From assembly GCA_963716255.1 (NCBI GenBank), contig OY970303.1, positions 6,080,001-6,144,000 on the forward strand: a stretch of 64,000 bases of DNA, given 5' to 3'. The position numbers and the translations under genes were made by a program. Each line of letters begins with the position of its first letter. The first letter of the stretch is position 1. The stretch comes from an uncultured Gemmatimonadales bacterium. GTDB taxonomy: Bacteria > Gemmatimonadota > Gemmatimonadetes > Longimicrobiales > Longimicrobiaceae. The notes under the pieces are model-generated. The model had not been told where the DNA came from and ran no database searches. It worked only from the letters and a program-made list of their open reading frames with translations. Below, in pieces: positions 52,056 to 61,357 of the stretch.

Positions 52056-52577
52056 ATGGCGAATCGAAAGATCGGAGCGAACCGAGGCCCCCGCGTCGAC
52101 GGCACCCCCGGCCCGGAGGTCGGGCGCGATGCGCGCTTCGAGCAGATGAACCGGGCGGGCTCGCAGATCGTGCGCGATGCCGCCGCGCTGCTCGACGAGG
52201 AGATGGCCTCGGGGATCGTGGCAGCGCGCAACATGCAGCAGCGCATGGACAGGGAGCGGCGGGTCGACAAGGCCGACTTCGGGGAGGCGCTGCAGCGGTT
52301 CCAGGGCGACGCCCACCAGGTGCTGAACCTGGTCACCGGCCAGTTCCGCGAGCTCAAGAACGACGACAACTCCGAGCTCCTCTCGCGGTTCACGCGCAAC
52401 ATGCACGACCTGCTCGACGTGGTGGTCGGCGTCGTCAGCACGAGCGCGGAGATCGCTGGCCAGCTCGCCGAAGCGAACCTGCCGAAGCCTCCCGTGAAGC
52501 GGGGAGGACGGGCGAAGCCCGGTGCTCCGGCGGCGGCCGCCGCCGGAGCGCCCGCGACGGGTGCCCGCCCCCGCTGA
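52056..52577 (+). CDS. Hypothetical helical protein
   Basis: GAGGAG RBS and coding-like codon bias; QIVRDAAALLDEEMASG. Confidence 0.7.
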   Translation: MANRKIGANRGPRVDGTPGPEVGRDARFEQMNRAGSQIVRDAAALLDEEMASGIVAARNMQQRMDRERRVDKADFGEALQRFQGDAHQVLNLVTGQFRELKNDDNSELLSRFTRNMHDLLDVVVGVVSTSAEIAGQLAEANLPKPPVKRGGRAKPGAPAAAAAGAPATGARPR

Positions 52578-52617
52578 CCCGCGCGCGCCCGCCCGCCGCC
52601 GCGCGGCGGCGCGGCGA

Positions 52618-53634
52618 ATGCGCGCGTTCGAGGGCGAGTTGGCGCGATACCGCGACGTCACCATGCAGGCGCTCCTCGGCCACATCCCCAGCGGGGGGCC
52701 GTCGCACCTTTACGACCTGGTGTCGGTGTACCCGCGCCGGCTGGGGAAGGGGCTGAGGGGAGCGCTGTGTCTCGCCACCTGCGAGGCGCTGGGCGGGCGC
52801 AGGGCGCTCGCCCTGAACACCGCGGTCGCCGCCGAGCTGTTCCACAACGCCTTCCTCATCCACGACGACGTGCAGGACGAGAGCCTGGCCCGGCGCGGCG
52901 AGGCCACCCTGCACCTGGAGCATGGCGTCGGGATCGCGGTCAACGTCGGCAACGCGACGAACCTGCTCGCCCTGCAGCGCGTGCTCGGGACCCGCGCAGA
53001 GCTGGGGCCGGCCCGCGCGGCGCTGGTGGTGGAGGAGACCGAGCGGATGATGCGCCACTCCCTCGAAGGGCAGGCCATCGAGCTGGGCTGGATCCGGGAC
53101 AACGACTGTGCGATGGGGCCGCAGGAGTACCTGCGGATGTGCCTCAAGAAGACGTCGTGGTACTCGTTCATCTACCCGATGCGCGTCGGCGCGATCGTCG
53201 CCGAGGGCGCGCAGGACACCGACCGCTTTTCGCGCTTCGGCTGGTACGTGGGCGCGGCGTTCCAGATCCAGGACGACGTCCTCAACCTGACGGGCCGGTT
53301 CTCGCGGTACCGCAAGGAGATCGGCGGTGACCTCCGCGAGGGCAAGCGGACGCTGATGCTGATCCGTCTCCTCGGCGTGTGCACGGCCGCCGAGCGCGAG
53401 GCCATCGAGCGCTACCTCGCGAGCCCGCGCCCCGAGCGAACGGAAGCGCAGGTGCGGTGGCTCCATCGCCTGATTGTCCGGTACGACACCATCGCCTACG
53501 CCCGCCGGGCCGCCCGGGAGCTCGCCGGGGCGGCCCTCCTCGAAGCCCTAACGGCCCTCCGGAGCGTCCCCGACAGCGCCGCCAGGCGCTTCCTTCTGGA
53601 CATGCCGCTCTATGTCGTCGGCCGCGACCGCTAG
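52618..53634 (+). CDS. Polyprenyl (trans-isoprenyl) diphosphate synthase family
   Basis: GKGLR, HDDVQD..RRG, GQAIEL, KT, FQIQDDVLN and EGKRT motifs. Confidence 0.9.
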   Translation: MRAFEGELARYRDVTMQALLGHIPSGGPSHLYDLVSVYPRRLGKGLRGALCLATCEALGGRRALALNTAVAAELFHNAFLIHDDVQDESLARRGEATLHLEHGVGIAVNVGNATNLLALQRVLGTRAELGPARAALVVEETERMMRHSLEGQAIELGWIRDNDCAMGPQEYLRMCLKKTSWYSFIYPMRVGAIVAEGAQDTDRFSRFGWYVGAAFQIQDDVLNLTGRFSRYRKEIGGDLREGKRTLMLIRLLGVCTAAEREAIERYLASPRPERTEAQVRWLHRLIVRYDTIAYARRAARELAGAALLEALTALRSVPDSAARRFLLDMPLYVVGRDR

Positions 53635-53791
53635 GAATGTGGCGAGATGGGCGACATGTACCCAAGCTCACGTATCCGCTGACTTCCCGCGTAACTGCCG
53701 CCGGGAGTCTCGCCGGATCAACGCCGACAGTGATACCTTCGCCCGCAGTGCCATTCGCGGGGGCTCGCCGTCAGCTCCCCGGTGCCTGCGG

Positions 53792-53820
53792 TTGACAGCC
53801 TGCGCCGGAGTGCGTATCCT
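53792..53820 (+). promoter_or_regulatory. Sigma70 promoter of the thrS leader
   Basis: TTGACA-N17-TATCCT. Confidence 0.75.
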
Positions 53821-53854
53821 ATTCCAGGCATTCCACTTTACCAGGCAGCCAGTC

Positions 53855-53935
53855 ATGCTCCGCGCCCGCACGACCACCCTGACTACCACTACGGGGCTCC
53901 GCAGAGGAGGCCGGGTCCGGGTGCGTCCGCGCTGA
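53855..53935 (+). CDS. Thr-rich leader peptide (MLRARTTTLTTTTGLRRGGRVRVRPR)
   Basis: 7 Thr in 8 consecutive codons, lying between a promoter and a terminator upstream of thrS. Confidence 0.85.
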   Translation: MLRARTTTLTTTTGLRRGGRVRVRPR

Positions 53936-53959
53936 ACGACGGCGCTGCCGCCTGACGAC

Positions 53960-53989
53960 GAGGCCTCCCGAGTGGAGGCCTTTTTGTTT
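53960..53989 (+). terminator. Attenuator (intrinsic terminator)
   Basis: aggcctcc-cgagt-ggaggcct followed by TTTTGTTT. An alternative partner, GGAGGCC, lies at 53906-53912. Confidence 0.88.
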
Positions 53990-54095
53990 GCCCCCGCCTT
54001 GCGCGGGGCTTGTCGCGGACGGCGGCAGGACCGATGTTGCTGCCGTCCCGCGCCGGGCTTCCCGGCCGGGTGTACCAGAAGCAACGAGATTTCCG

Positions 54096-54200
54096 ATGGA
54101 CGACCGGAACGAGCCCGCCCGCCCGCTGTGGCCCTGGGCCCTGTACGCCGCGCTGCTGGGCGCGGGGATCGTCCTTTTCTTCATGTACGTGCCGCGCTGA
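54096..54200 (+). CDS. Putative 34-aa single-pass membrane peptide
   Basis: MDDRNEPARPLWPWALYAALLGAGIVLFFMYVPR, with GC-rich third positions. Confidence 0.5.
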   Translation: MDDRNEPARPLWPWALYAALLGAGIVLFFMYVPR

Positions 54201-54246
54201 GGCCCCGCGCCTCGCCGCCGCACGATCCGCGACCGGGAAAACGACC

Positions 54247-56205
54247 ATGACGACGACGGCCGAGAACCAGGGACAGGTGCGCGTGACGCTTCCCGACGGC
54301 TCCGTGCGCGAGGTCGCGCCGGGGACGACGGTGCTCGACTTCGCCAGGTCCATCGGCGCGGGGCTGGCCAAGGCGGCGCTCGCCGGCAAGGTGGATGGGC
54401 GCGTGGTGGACCTGGCCAGCCCGCTGGAGGGCGATGCCACGGTGGAGATCGTCACCGAAAAGAGCCCCGACGCGCTGGAGCTGCTCCGCCACTCCGCGGC
54501 GCACATCCTGGCCACGGCAGTGCGCCGCGTGCGCCCGGACGCGAAGATCGGCTTCGGGCCGGCCATCGACGACGGCTTCTACTACGACTTCGAGGTGGAC
54601 CACCCCTTCACGCCCGACGAGCTGGAGCGCATCGAGGCGGAGATGCAGGAGGTGGTCAAGGGAAACGACCCCTTCGAGCGCCGCGTGGTCTCGGTGGGCG
54701 AGGCGCGCGGGCTGTTCGCCGACGACCCGCTCAAGCTGGAGCGCCTGGACGAGTTCGGCGGCGACGAGACGATCACCGTCTACCGCAACGGGCCCTTCCT
54801 GGACCTGTGCCGCGGCCCGCACCTCCCGGGGACGGGGCGGCTCAAGCACTTCAAGCTGCTGAACACGGCCGGCGCGTACTGGCGCGGCGACTCCAACCGC
54901 CAGATGCTCCAGCGCATCTACGGCACGGCCTGGTTCTCGAAGGAAGACCTGGAGCGGTACGTCCACAACCTGGAGGAGGCGCGCAGGCGCGACCATCGGC
55001 GGCTGGGCAAGGAGCTGGACCTGTTCCAGTTCCACCCCGTCTCCCCCGGCTCCGCGTTCTGGACGCCGCGCGGCACGACGCTGTACAACACGCTGGTGGA
55101 CTTCGTGCGCGAGCGGCAGCGCGAGGCGTTCCTGGAGATCAAGACGCCGCTCCTGTACACCAAGACGCTCTGGGAGCAGTCGGGGCACTGGGGCAAGTAC
55201 CGCGAGAACATGTTCCTGGTGCTCAACTCGGAAACGGGCGAGCACGACATGTCGCTCAAGCCCATGAACTGCCCGTCGCACCACCTGTACTTCGCGTCGG
55301 CGCGGCACTCGTACCGTGAGCTGCCGCTGCGCTTCGTCACCAACGACGTGCTGCACCGCAACGAGCTTTCCGGCGCGCTCTCCGGGCTCACGCGGGTGCG
55401 GCAGTTCGCGCAGGACGACTGCCACGTGTACCTGCGCGAGGACCAGATCGCCGGCGAGGTGCGGTTCCTGATGGACTTCATCCTGGGCTACTACCGCGCC
55501 TTCGGGCTGGAGGCGACGCTCAAGTTCGCCACGCGCCCGGAGCAGCGCATCGGCGACGACGCCATGTGGGACCGCGCGGAGGGCGCGCTCCGCGCCGCGC
55601 TGGAGGCCACGGGGATGGCGTACGAGATGAAGCCGGGCGACGGCGCCTTCTACGGCCCCAAGATCGACTTCGACGTCACCGACTCCATCGGGCGGGCGTG
55701 GCAGCTGGGGACCATCCAGCTGGACTACGCGGCGCCCGAAAGGTTCGACCTCACCTACGTGGGCGAGGACAACCTGCCGCACCGCCCCGTGGTGATCCAC
55801 CGCGCGGTGAGCGGCTCCTTCGAGCGCTTCATCGCCATCCTGGTGGAGCACTTCGCCGGCGCCTTCCCGGTGTGGCTGGCGCCGGTGCAGGTGGTGGTGA
55901 TCCCCATCTCCGACGAGCAGGCGGCCAGTGCCCGCGAGCTGGGGGCGCGGCTGCGCGCCCAGGGGATCCGCGCCGAGGTGGACGACCGCAACGAGACGCT
56001 CAACTACCGCATCCGCGAGGCCGAGACGCAGAAGGTCCCGTACATGGCCGTGGTCGGCGGACGCGAGGTGGAGAACGGCACGGCCGCGGTGCGCATCCGC
56101 GGCGCCGGGCGCAAGCAGGCGGTGCTGGACCGCGACGCCTTCGCGGCGCAGGTGCTGGAGCGCATCCGGAGCCGCACGCTGGAAACCGCGCTGGACGAGG
56201 GCTGA
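54247..56205 (+). CDS. thrS: Threonine--tRNA ligase
   Basis: TGS domain, RHSAAH, DLCRGPH, RDHRRLG, KPMNCP and FYGPKID motifs. Confidence 0.97.
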   Translation: MTTTAENQGQVRVTLPDGSVREVAPGTTVLDFARSIGAGLAKAALAGKVDGRVVDLASPLEGDATVEIVTEKSPDALELLRHSAAHILATAVRRVRPDAKIGFGPAIDDGFYYDFEVDHPFTPDELERIEAEMQEVVKGNDPFERRVVSVGEARGLFADDPLKLERLDEFGGDETITVYRNGPFLDLCRGPHLPGTGRLKHFKLLNTAGAYWRGDSNRQMLQRIYGTAWFSKEDLERYVHNLEEARRRDHRRLGKELDLFQFHPVSPGSAFWTPRGTTLYNTLVDFVRERQREAFLEIKTPLLYTKTLWEQSGHWGKYRENMFLVLNSETGEHDMSLKPMNCPSHHLYFASARHSYRELPLRFVTNDVLHRNELSGALSGLTRVRQFAQDDCHVYLREDQIAGEVRFLMDFILGYYRAFGLEATLKFATRPEQRIGDDAMWDRAEGALRAALEATGMAYEMKPGDGAFYGPKIDFDVTDSIGRAWQLGTIQLDYAAPERFDLTYVGEDNLPHRPVVIHRAVSGSFERFIAILVEHFAGAFPVWLAPVQVVVIPISDEQAASARELGARLRAQGIRAEVDDRNETLNYRIREAETQKVPYMAVVGGREVENGTAAVRIRGAGRKQAVLDRDAFAAQVLERIRSRTLETALDEG

Positions 56206-56227
56206 GCGCGGGGTGGGGGAGCGCCGC

Positions 56228-56256
56228 TTGACAGCCCCGCGGCGCTCCCGTATCTT
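56228..56256 (+). promoter_or_regulatory. Sigma70 promoter of infC-rpmI-rplT
   Basis: TTGACA-N17-TATCTT. Confidence 0.75.
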
Positions 56257-56271
56257 AACGGACCAAATTGG

Positions 56272-56412
56272 GAAAAGTGGGGGCCGGCGGGCCCCCCACC
56301 CTTCGGCTCGCTCGCGCGATGCTGCCGGGTCCGCATGGCGCCCCGCCTCCCGCGCGTGGAGGTGGCGGCCGCGCATGGACGGACCTGAAGAGCTTCAGGT
56401 CCGTTTTCGTTT
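56272..56412 (+). ncRNA. Candidate ribosomal protein L20 leader with terminator
   Basis: AAGTGG-gggcc..ggccc-CCCACC resembles the L20-leader core. The leader ends in the acggacctgaag/cttcaggtccgt hairpin plus a T-tract before infC. Confidence 0.55.
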
Positions 56413-56436
56413 ACACCCCTGCGGAGAGCAACTGCC

Positions 56437-56952
56437 ATCAACGAGAAGACGCGCGTCAATCGCCAGATCCGCATCAGCCCCGTCCGGGTGATCGCAACCG
56501 ACGGCGAGCAGCTGGGGATCCTGCCCATCGAGCGGGCGCTGGAGATCGCGGAGGAGCAGGGTCTGGACCTGGTGGAGGTGGCGCCGCTGGCCCGACCGCC
56601 GGTCTGCCGCATCATGGACTACGGCAAGTTCAAGTACGAGGAGCAGCGGAAGGCGCGCGAGGCGCGCAAGAAGCAGCACCACGTGCAGATCAAGGAAGTC
56701 AAGATGCGGCCCGGGATCGAAGACCACGACTTCGACTTCAAGACGAAGCACGCGCGACGCTTCCTCGAAGAGGGCAACAAGGTCAAGCTGACCATGATGT
56801 TCCGCGGCCGCCAGATGGCGCACCCGGAGCACGGCCGCCAGGTGCTGGACAAGGTGTCGGGGATGCTTGCCGACGTCGCCAAGATCGAGATGCACCCACA
56901 GATGGAGGGGCGCAGCATGACCATGGTGCTCACCCCTCTCGTCAAGAGCTGA
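56437..56952 (+). CDS. infC: Translation initiation factor IF-3, probable ATC start
   Basis: GGAGAG RBS then ATC-AAC-GAG ([18 protein letters not shown]); [18 protein letters not shown] and FRGR motifs. Confidence 0.93.
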   Translation: MNEKTRVNRQIRISPVRVIATDGEQLGILPIERALEIAEEQGLDLVEVAPLARPPVCRIMDYGKFKYEEQRKAREARKKQHHVQIKEVKMRPGIEDHDFDFKTKHARRFLEEGNKVKLTMMFRGRQMAHPEHGRQVLDKVSGMLADVAKIEMHPQMEGRSMTMVLTPLVKS

Positions 56953-56995
56953 TTCGCCCGTCCGCGAGGACGGCGTACGGAAAGGAAGAAGTACC

Positions 56996-57190
56996 ATGCC
57001 CAAGATGAAGAGCCACCGGGGTGCGGCCAAGCGCTTCAAGAAGACCGCCAGCGGCAAGCTGAAGCGCGGTCATTCGATGAAGCGCCACATCCTCACCAAG
57101 AAGTCTCCGAAGCGGAAGCGCAACCTCCGGGATTCTGCGCTTGTGTCGAAGGGGGACGAGAAGCGGATGACCCGTCTGCTCTCCGCCTGA
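56996..57190 (+). CDS. rpmI: 50S ribosomal protein L35
   Basis: [15 protein letters not shown] and HILTKK motifs. Confidence 0.97.
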   Translation: MPKMKSHRGAAKRFKKTASGKLKRGHSMKRHILTKKSPKRKRNLRDSALVSKGDEKRMTRLLSA

Positions 57191-57254
57191 GCGGAAGCCG
57201 GCCCGAACCCGTACATCGACCACCTTTTCGCACGAACATCCGGAGGAGTAGACC

Positions 57255-57611
57255 ATGCCCCGCGTAAAGACCAACGTGGCGCGCCTGCGCCGCAAGAACC
57301 AGATCCTCAAGGAAGCCAAGGGCTTCTTCGGCCGTCGCAAGAACCTGTACAAGACCGCCAAGGAGGCCGTGGAGCGCGCCTGGCGGTACGCGTACCGGGA
57401 CCGCAAGAACAAGAAGCGCGAGTTCCGCAAGCTGTGGATCGTCCGCATCAACGCGGCCGCCCGGCAGCACGACCTGTCCTACTCCCGCTTCATGAACGGG
57501 CTCAAGCTCGCCGGGATCGAGATCGACCGGAAGAACCTCGCGGACCTCGCGGTGCGCGACCCCAACGCGTTCGAGCAGCTGGCCACGGCCGCCAAGGCCC
57601 GGCTGGACTGA
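57255..57611 (+). CDS. rplT: 50S ribosomal protein L20
   Basis: MPRVK, YAYRDRK and LWIVRINAA motifs. Confidence 0.97.
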   Translation: MPRVKTNVARLRRKNQILKEAKGFFGRRKNLYKTAKEAVERAWRYAYRDRKNKKREFRKLWIVRINAAARQHDLSYSRFMNGLKLAGIEIDRKNLADLAVRDPNAFEQLATAAKARLD

Positions 57612-57761
57612 CCGGAGTCGGGTTTTCGGAGTACGAGGCGGCGCCTGGCATCAGCCCGGCGCCGCTTCTGCGTTTCGGGGGTAGCCGCGAAGGCACCGCG
57701 GGTGCAGATTGGGGAGCCGGCGCCGGGGCCGGCTGTGACCGAACGGGAGCGAAGCGAATCG

Positions 57762-58787
57762 ATGAGCCAGGACCTGCTGGGGCAGCTCAGGGAGCTGGAG
57801 GCGGAGGGGACGCGCGCCGTCGCCGCCGCCGGGGGCGCGGAGGCGCTGGAGGCGCTGCGGGTGGAGTACGTGGGTCGCAAGGGGCGCCTCACGGGGATCC
57901 TGCGCGGCCTGGGCGGGCTCGCCGCGGAGGAGCGCCCCGCGGTGGGCGCCGAGGCCAACCGCGTCAAGGAGGCGCTTTCCGCGCTCCTGGACGAGCGCGT
58001 CTCCGCCCTCGCCCCGGCGGCCGACGAGGGGCCGGGCGTGGACCTGTCGCTCCCCGGCCGGCGCCGCTGGCGGGGCGGGCTGCACCCGGTGACGCAGGTG
58101 ATCGAGGAGGTGTGCGACATCTTTCGCGACCTGGGCTTCACCCGCGTGGCCGGGCCCGAGGCGGAGACCACGGACTACAACTTCACCCGGCTGAACATCC
58201 CGCTGGACCACCCGGCGGCGGACATGCACGACACGCTGTACCTGTCCGAGCACGTGCTGCTGCGCACGCACACCTCGCCGGTGCAGGCGCGCACCATGGA
58301 GCGCTTCGCGCCGCCGGTGCGCGTCGTGGTCCCCGGCAAGGTGTTCCGCCGCGACCCGTACGACGCCTCGCACGCGCCGGCCTTCGAGCAGATCGAGGGG
58401 CTGGCCGTGGACGAGGGGATCACCTTCGTCGACTTCAAGGCCACCATCTCCGAGTTCGTGCGCCGCTTCTTCGGGGCGTCGGCGAAGACGCGCTTCCGCC
58501 CGTCGTACTTCCCCTTCACCGAGCCGTCGGCCGAGGTGGACGTGTCGTGCCAGCTCTGCGGCGGGGCGGGGTGCAGCGCGTGCAAGGGCACCGGCTGGAT
58601 GGAGATCATGGGCTCCGGGATGGTGCATCCCAACGTTTTCCGGGCCGTCGGCTACGATCCGGAAAAGTACACGGGCTACGCGTTCGGGATGGGGCCGGGC
58701 CGCATCGCCATGCAGCGCTTCGGGATCCCCGACATCAGGCTCCTTTACGAGAGCGACGTGCGGTTCCTGGAGCAGTTCACGGGATAG
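57762..58787 (+). CDS. pheS: Phenylalanine--tRNA ligase alpha subunit
   Basis: LHP, LLRTHTSPVQ, FRPSYFPFTEPS and GYAFGMG motifs. Confidence 0.97.
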   Translation: MSQDLLGQLRELEAEGTRAVAAAGGAEALEALRVEYVGRKGRLTGILRGLGGLAAEERPAVGAEANRVKEALSALLDERVSALAPAADEGPGVDLSLPGRRRWRGGLHPVTQVIEEVCDIFRDLGFTRVAGPEAETTDYNFTRLNIPLDHPAADMHDTLYLSEHVLLRTHTSPVQARTMERFAPPVRVVVPGKVFRRDPYDASHAPAFEQIEGLAVDEGITFVDFKATISEFVRRFFGASAKTRFRPSYFPFTEPSAEVDVSCQLCGGAGCSACKGTGWMEIMGSGMVHPNVFRAVGYDPEKYTGYAFGMGPGRIAMQRFGIPDIRLLYESDVRFLEQFTG

Positions 58788-58795
58788 AAGCCCGC

Positions 58796-58926
58796 GGTTC
58801 GGGCGAATCCCGGCTGCGCCGGGACCGCGCTCTATTCCGCTGGACACGAAACTACCGTGTCCAGCGGAACGGAGCCCCGGCAAACTGCCGCCGGGTCTCC
58901 GCCCTTCGGGTCACGATCGCTTTCGC
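58796..58926 (+). repeat. Family A element, diverged copy 9
   Basis: Same hairpin order with a rewritten scaffold: closing stem GCGAA/TTCGC, tggacacg-AAACTAC-cgtgtcca, gagccccggc-AAACTGC-cgccgggtctc and ccc-TTCG-gg. Confidence 0.75.
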
Positions 58927-58966
58927 GGTTTCGCACTTTCGCACTCACGCACTTTCGCACTCGCCG
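58918..58966. repeat. Imperfect 8-bp tandem repeat (about 6 units) directly before pheT
   Basis: cgctttcg-cggtttcg-cactttcg-cactcacg-cactttcg-cactcgcc. Confidence 0.7.
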
Positions 58967-58969
58967 GTC

Positions 58970-61357
58970 ATGAACGTCTCGTACCGCTGGCTCCAGTCGC
59001 TCGTCCCCGGCCTCGCAGAGCCGCCCGCCGAGCTCGCGCACCGTCTCTCGCTCCTCGGGGCTCCGGCCGACGAGGTGGTGGACCTCGCCGCGGGGGTCGA
59101 GGGGGTGGTGATCGGGCGGGTGCTGGAGGTGAGGCCGCACCCCAACGCGGACAAGCTGCGCGTCACGCGCGTGGACGCGGGGGGCGAGCCGGTGCAGGTG
59201 GTGTGCGGGGCGCCCAACGTGGAGGCGGGGCGGTTCTACCCGTTCGCGCCGGTGGGCGCGTCGCTGCCGGGCGGACTCAAGATCGGCAGGGCCAAGCTGC
59301 GCGGCGAGGTGTCCGAGGGGATGCTGTGCTCCGCGCGGGAGCTGGGGCTGGGGCGCGACCACGCCGGGCTGATGACGCTGGCGGGGGAGTGGGAGCCGGG
59401 GGCGCCCTTCCTCCGGTCGGTGGGGCTGGACGACGTGCGGCTGGTGCTGGACATCACCCCCAACCGGCCGGAGATGCTGTCGCACCTGGGCGTCGCGCGC
59501 GAGGTCGCGCCCGGCGGCGCGGCGGACGTGCGGCTGCCGGCGTTCGCCGGGGCGCCGGAGTCACCGCTGGACGTGCGCACGGCGGGCGCGGAAGGCACGG
59601 TCGGCGGGGTGCGGATCCGCATCGACGACGCGGAAGGGTGCCCGCGCTACACCGCGGCGGTCGTGCGCGGGGTCCGGGTGGGGCCCTCGCCGGAGTGGCT
59701 GGCGTCGCGGCTGCGCGCGGTGGGCGTGCGGTCGATCAACAACGTGGTGGACGCCACCAACTACGTCCTCCACGAGCTGGGGCAGCCCGTCCACGCCTTC
59801 GACCTGGACCGCCTGCACGGACCGGAGATCGTCGTCCGCCGCGCCCGGGCGGGGGAAACGCTGCGCACGCTGGACGGCACCGACCGCGCGCTAACGGAAC
59901 GCTCTCTGCTCATCGCCGACGCGGAGGGGCCGGTGGCGCTGGCGGGAGTGATGGGCGGGGAGAACAGCGAGGTGCACGACGGGACGACGAGCCTCCTGCT
60001 GGAGGTCGCCCTCTTCGACCCCGGGGCGGTGCGGGGGACGCGGACGCCCTTCGGGCTTTCCACCGATGCGTCGTACCGCTTCGAGCGCGGCGTGGACCCG
60101 GAGGGGCAGCCGCGGGCGCTGGAGCGCGTCGTCCAGCTGGTCGTGGCGGTCGCGGGCGGCGAGGCGGACCGCGGCGCGCTGGACATGGCCCCGGTCCCCT
60201 TTGCCCGCCGCGTGGTGGAGCTGCGCCCGGAGCGGGTGGAGCAGGTGCTCGGCGTCGCCGTGCCGGCGGAGGAGATCGCGGAACTGCTCGCGGCCATCGG
60301 CTTCGGGGTGGACGCGTCCGCGTCGCCGCTGCGCGTGGCCGTACCCGGCTTCCGGCCGGACGTGGCCGGCGAGATCGACCTGATCGAGGAGGTCGCGCGG
60401 CGCCGCGGCTTCGACTCGTTCCCCGAGGAGATCCTCCCCTTCCGCGCCTCAGCGGTGCCGGAAAGCCCGGAGGTGGAGGCGGAGCGCCGCGCGCGGGACT
60501 TCTTCCGCCGCGCCGGGTTCCTGGAGTCGCGCACCACCGGCTTCGCGCCGAGTGCGGAGGGGCGCGTCCCGCTCCTCAACCCGCTCTCCGCCGAGGAGGG
60601 CTCGCTGCGCGACAACCTGGTGCACGGGCTGCTGCGGCGTGTCGAGCACAACTGGGCGCACGGCGTCCGCGACGTGCGGCTCTTCGAGGTGGGCACCGTG
60701 TTCTCGCCGGCCGGTGAGGGCGCCGTCCCGCGCGAGGAGATCCGCGTGGCCGCCGCCTTCACCGGCGCGTCGCGCCCGCCGCACTGGAGCGGCGAGGCGC
60801 CCGCCTGGGACGTGTGGGACCTCAGGGGGCTGCTGGAAGAGCTGGCGGAGGCGCACGGCGCCGCGCTGGAGACCGGCGCGCCGGCCGTGCTCGGCGGCAC
60901 GGTCGTCCCGGGCGAGGCGTTCCGGCTCGTCGCGGACGGCGCGGAAAGCGGCGGCGGCGGGCGCGCGGCCCCCGGCGCGGCGGACGCCCCCGCGTGGGCC
61001 GGCGACGTGTGGCTGCTGGAGGCGCGGCTCCCCGTCGGGCGCCGGGCGCAGGCCGTGGCGTACGCCGCGCTCCCCGAGCGGCCGGCGAGCGAGCGCGACC
61101 TGGCGCTGCTGGTCCCCCGCGCGACCGCCGCGGCCGAGGTGCAGGACGCGATCCGTGGGTCCGCAGGGGCGCTGCTGGAGGCGGTGTGGCCGTTCGACCT
61201 GTACGAGGGCAAGGGGATCCCGGAGGGGACACGCAGCATCGCCTTCCGCCTGCGCTTCCGGGCGCCGGACCGCACCCTCACCGACGCGGAGACCGACGCG
61301 GCGGTGGCCTCCGTGCTCGCGGCACTCGGGGAGCGCCTGGGTGTCCACCGCCGCTGA
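58970..61357 (+). CDS. pheT: Phenylalanine--tRNA ligase beta subunit
   Basis: HPNADKL, VVCGAPNV, ITPNRP, NNVVDATNYV, RFERGVD and a C-terminal FDX-ACB domain. Confidence 0.96.
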   Translation: MNVSYRWLQSLVPGLAEPPAELAHRLSLLGAPADEVVDLAAGVEGVVIGRVLEVRPHPNADKLRVTRVDAGGEPVQVVCGAPNVEAGRFYPFAPVGASLPGGLKIGRAKLRGEVSEGMLCSARELGLGRDHAGLMTLAGEWEPGAPFLRSVGLDDVRLVLDITPNRPEMLSHLGVAREVAPGGAADVRLPAFAGAPESPLDVRTAGAEGTVGGVRIRIDDAEGCPRYTAAVVRGVRVGPSPEWLASRLRAVGVRSINNVVDATNYVLHELGQPVHAFDLDRLHGPEIVVRRARAGETLRTLDGTDRALTERSLLIADAEGPVALAGVMGGENSEVHDGTTSLLLEVALFDPGAVRGTRTPFGLSTDASYRFERGVDPEGQPRALERVVQLVVAVAGGEADRGALDMAPVPFARRVVELRPERVEQVLGVAVPAEEIAELLAAIGFGVDASASPLRVAVPGFRPDVAGEIDLIEEVARRRGFDSFPEEILPFRASAVPESPEVEAERRARDFFRRAGFLESRTTGFAPSAEGRVPLLNPLSAEEGSLRDNLVHGLLRRVEHNWAHGVRDVRLFEVGTVFSPAGEGAVPREEIRVAAAFTGASRPPHWSGEAPAWDVWDLRGLLEELAEAHGAALETGAPAVLGGTVVPGEAFRLVADGAESGGGGRAAPGAADAPAWAGDVWLLEARLPVGRRAQAVAYAALPERPASERDLALLVPRATAAAEVQDAIRGSAGALLEAVWPFDLYEGKGIPEGTRSIAFRLRFRAPDRTLTDAETDAAVASVLAALGERLGVHRR

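Noticed and set aside
57611..57761. pheM-like attenuator upstream of pheS
   Set aside because: A hairpin is present, but there is no Phe-rich leader ORF.
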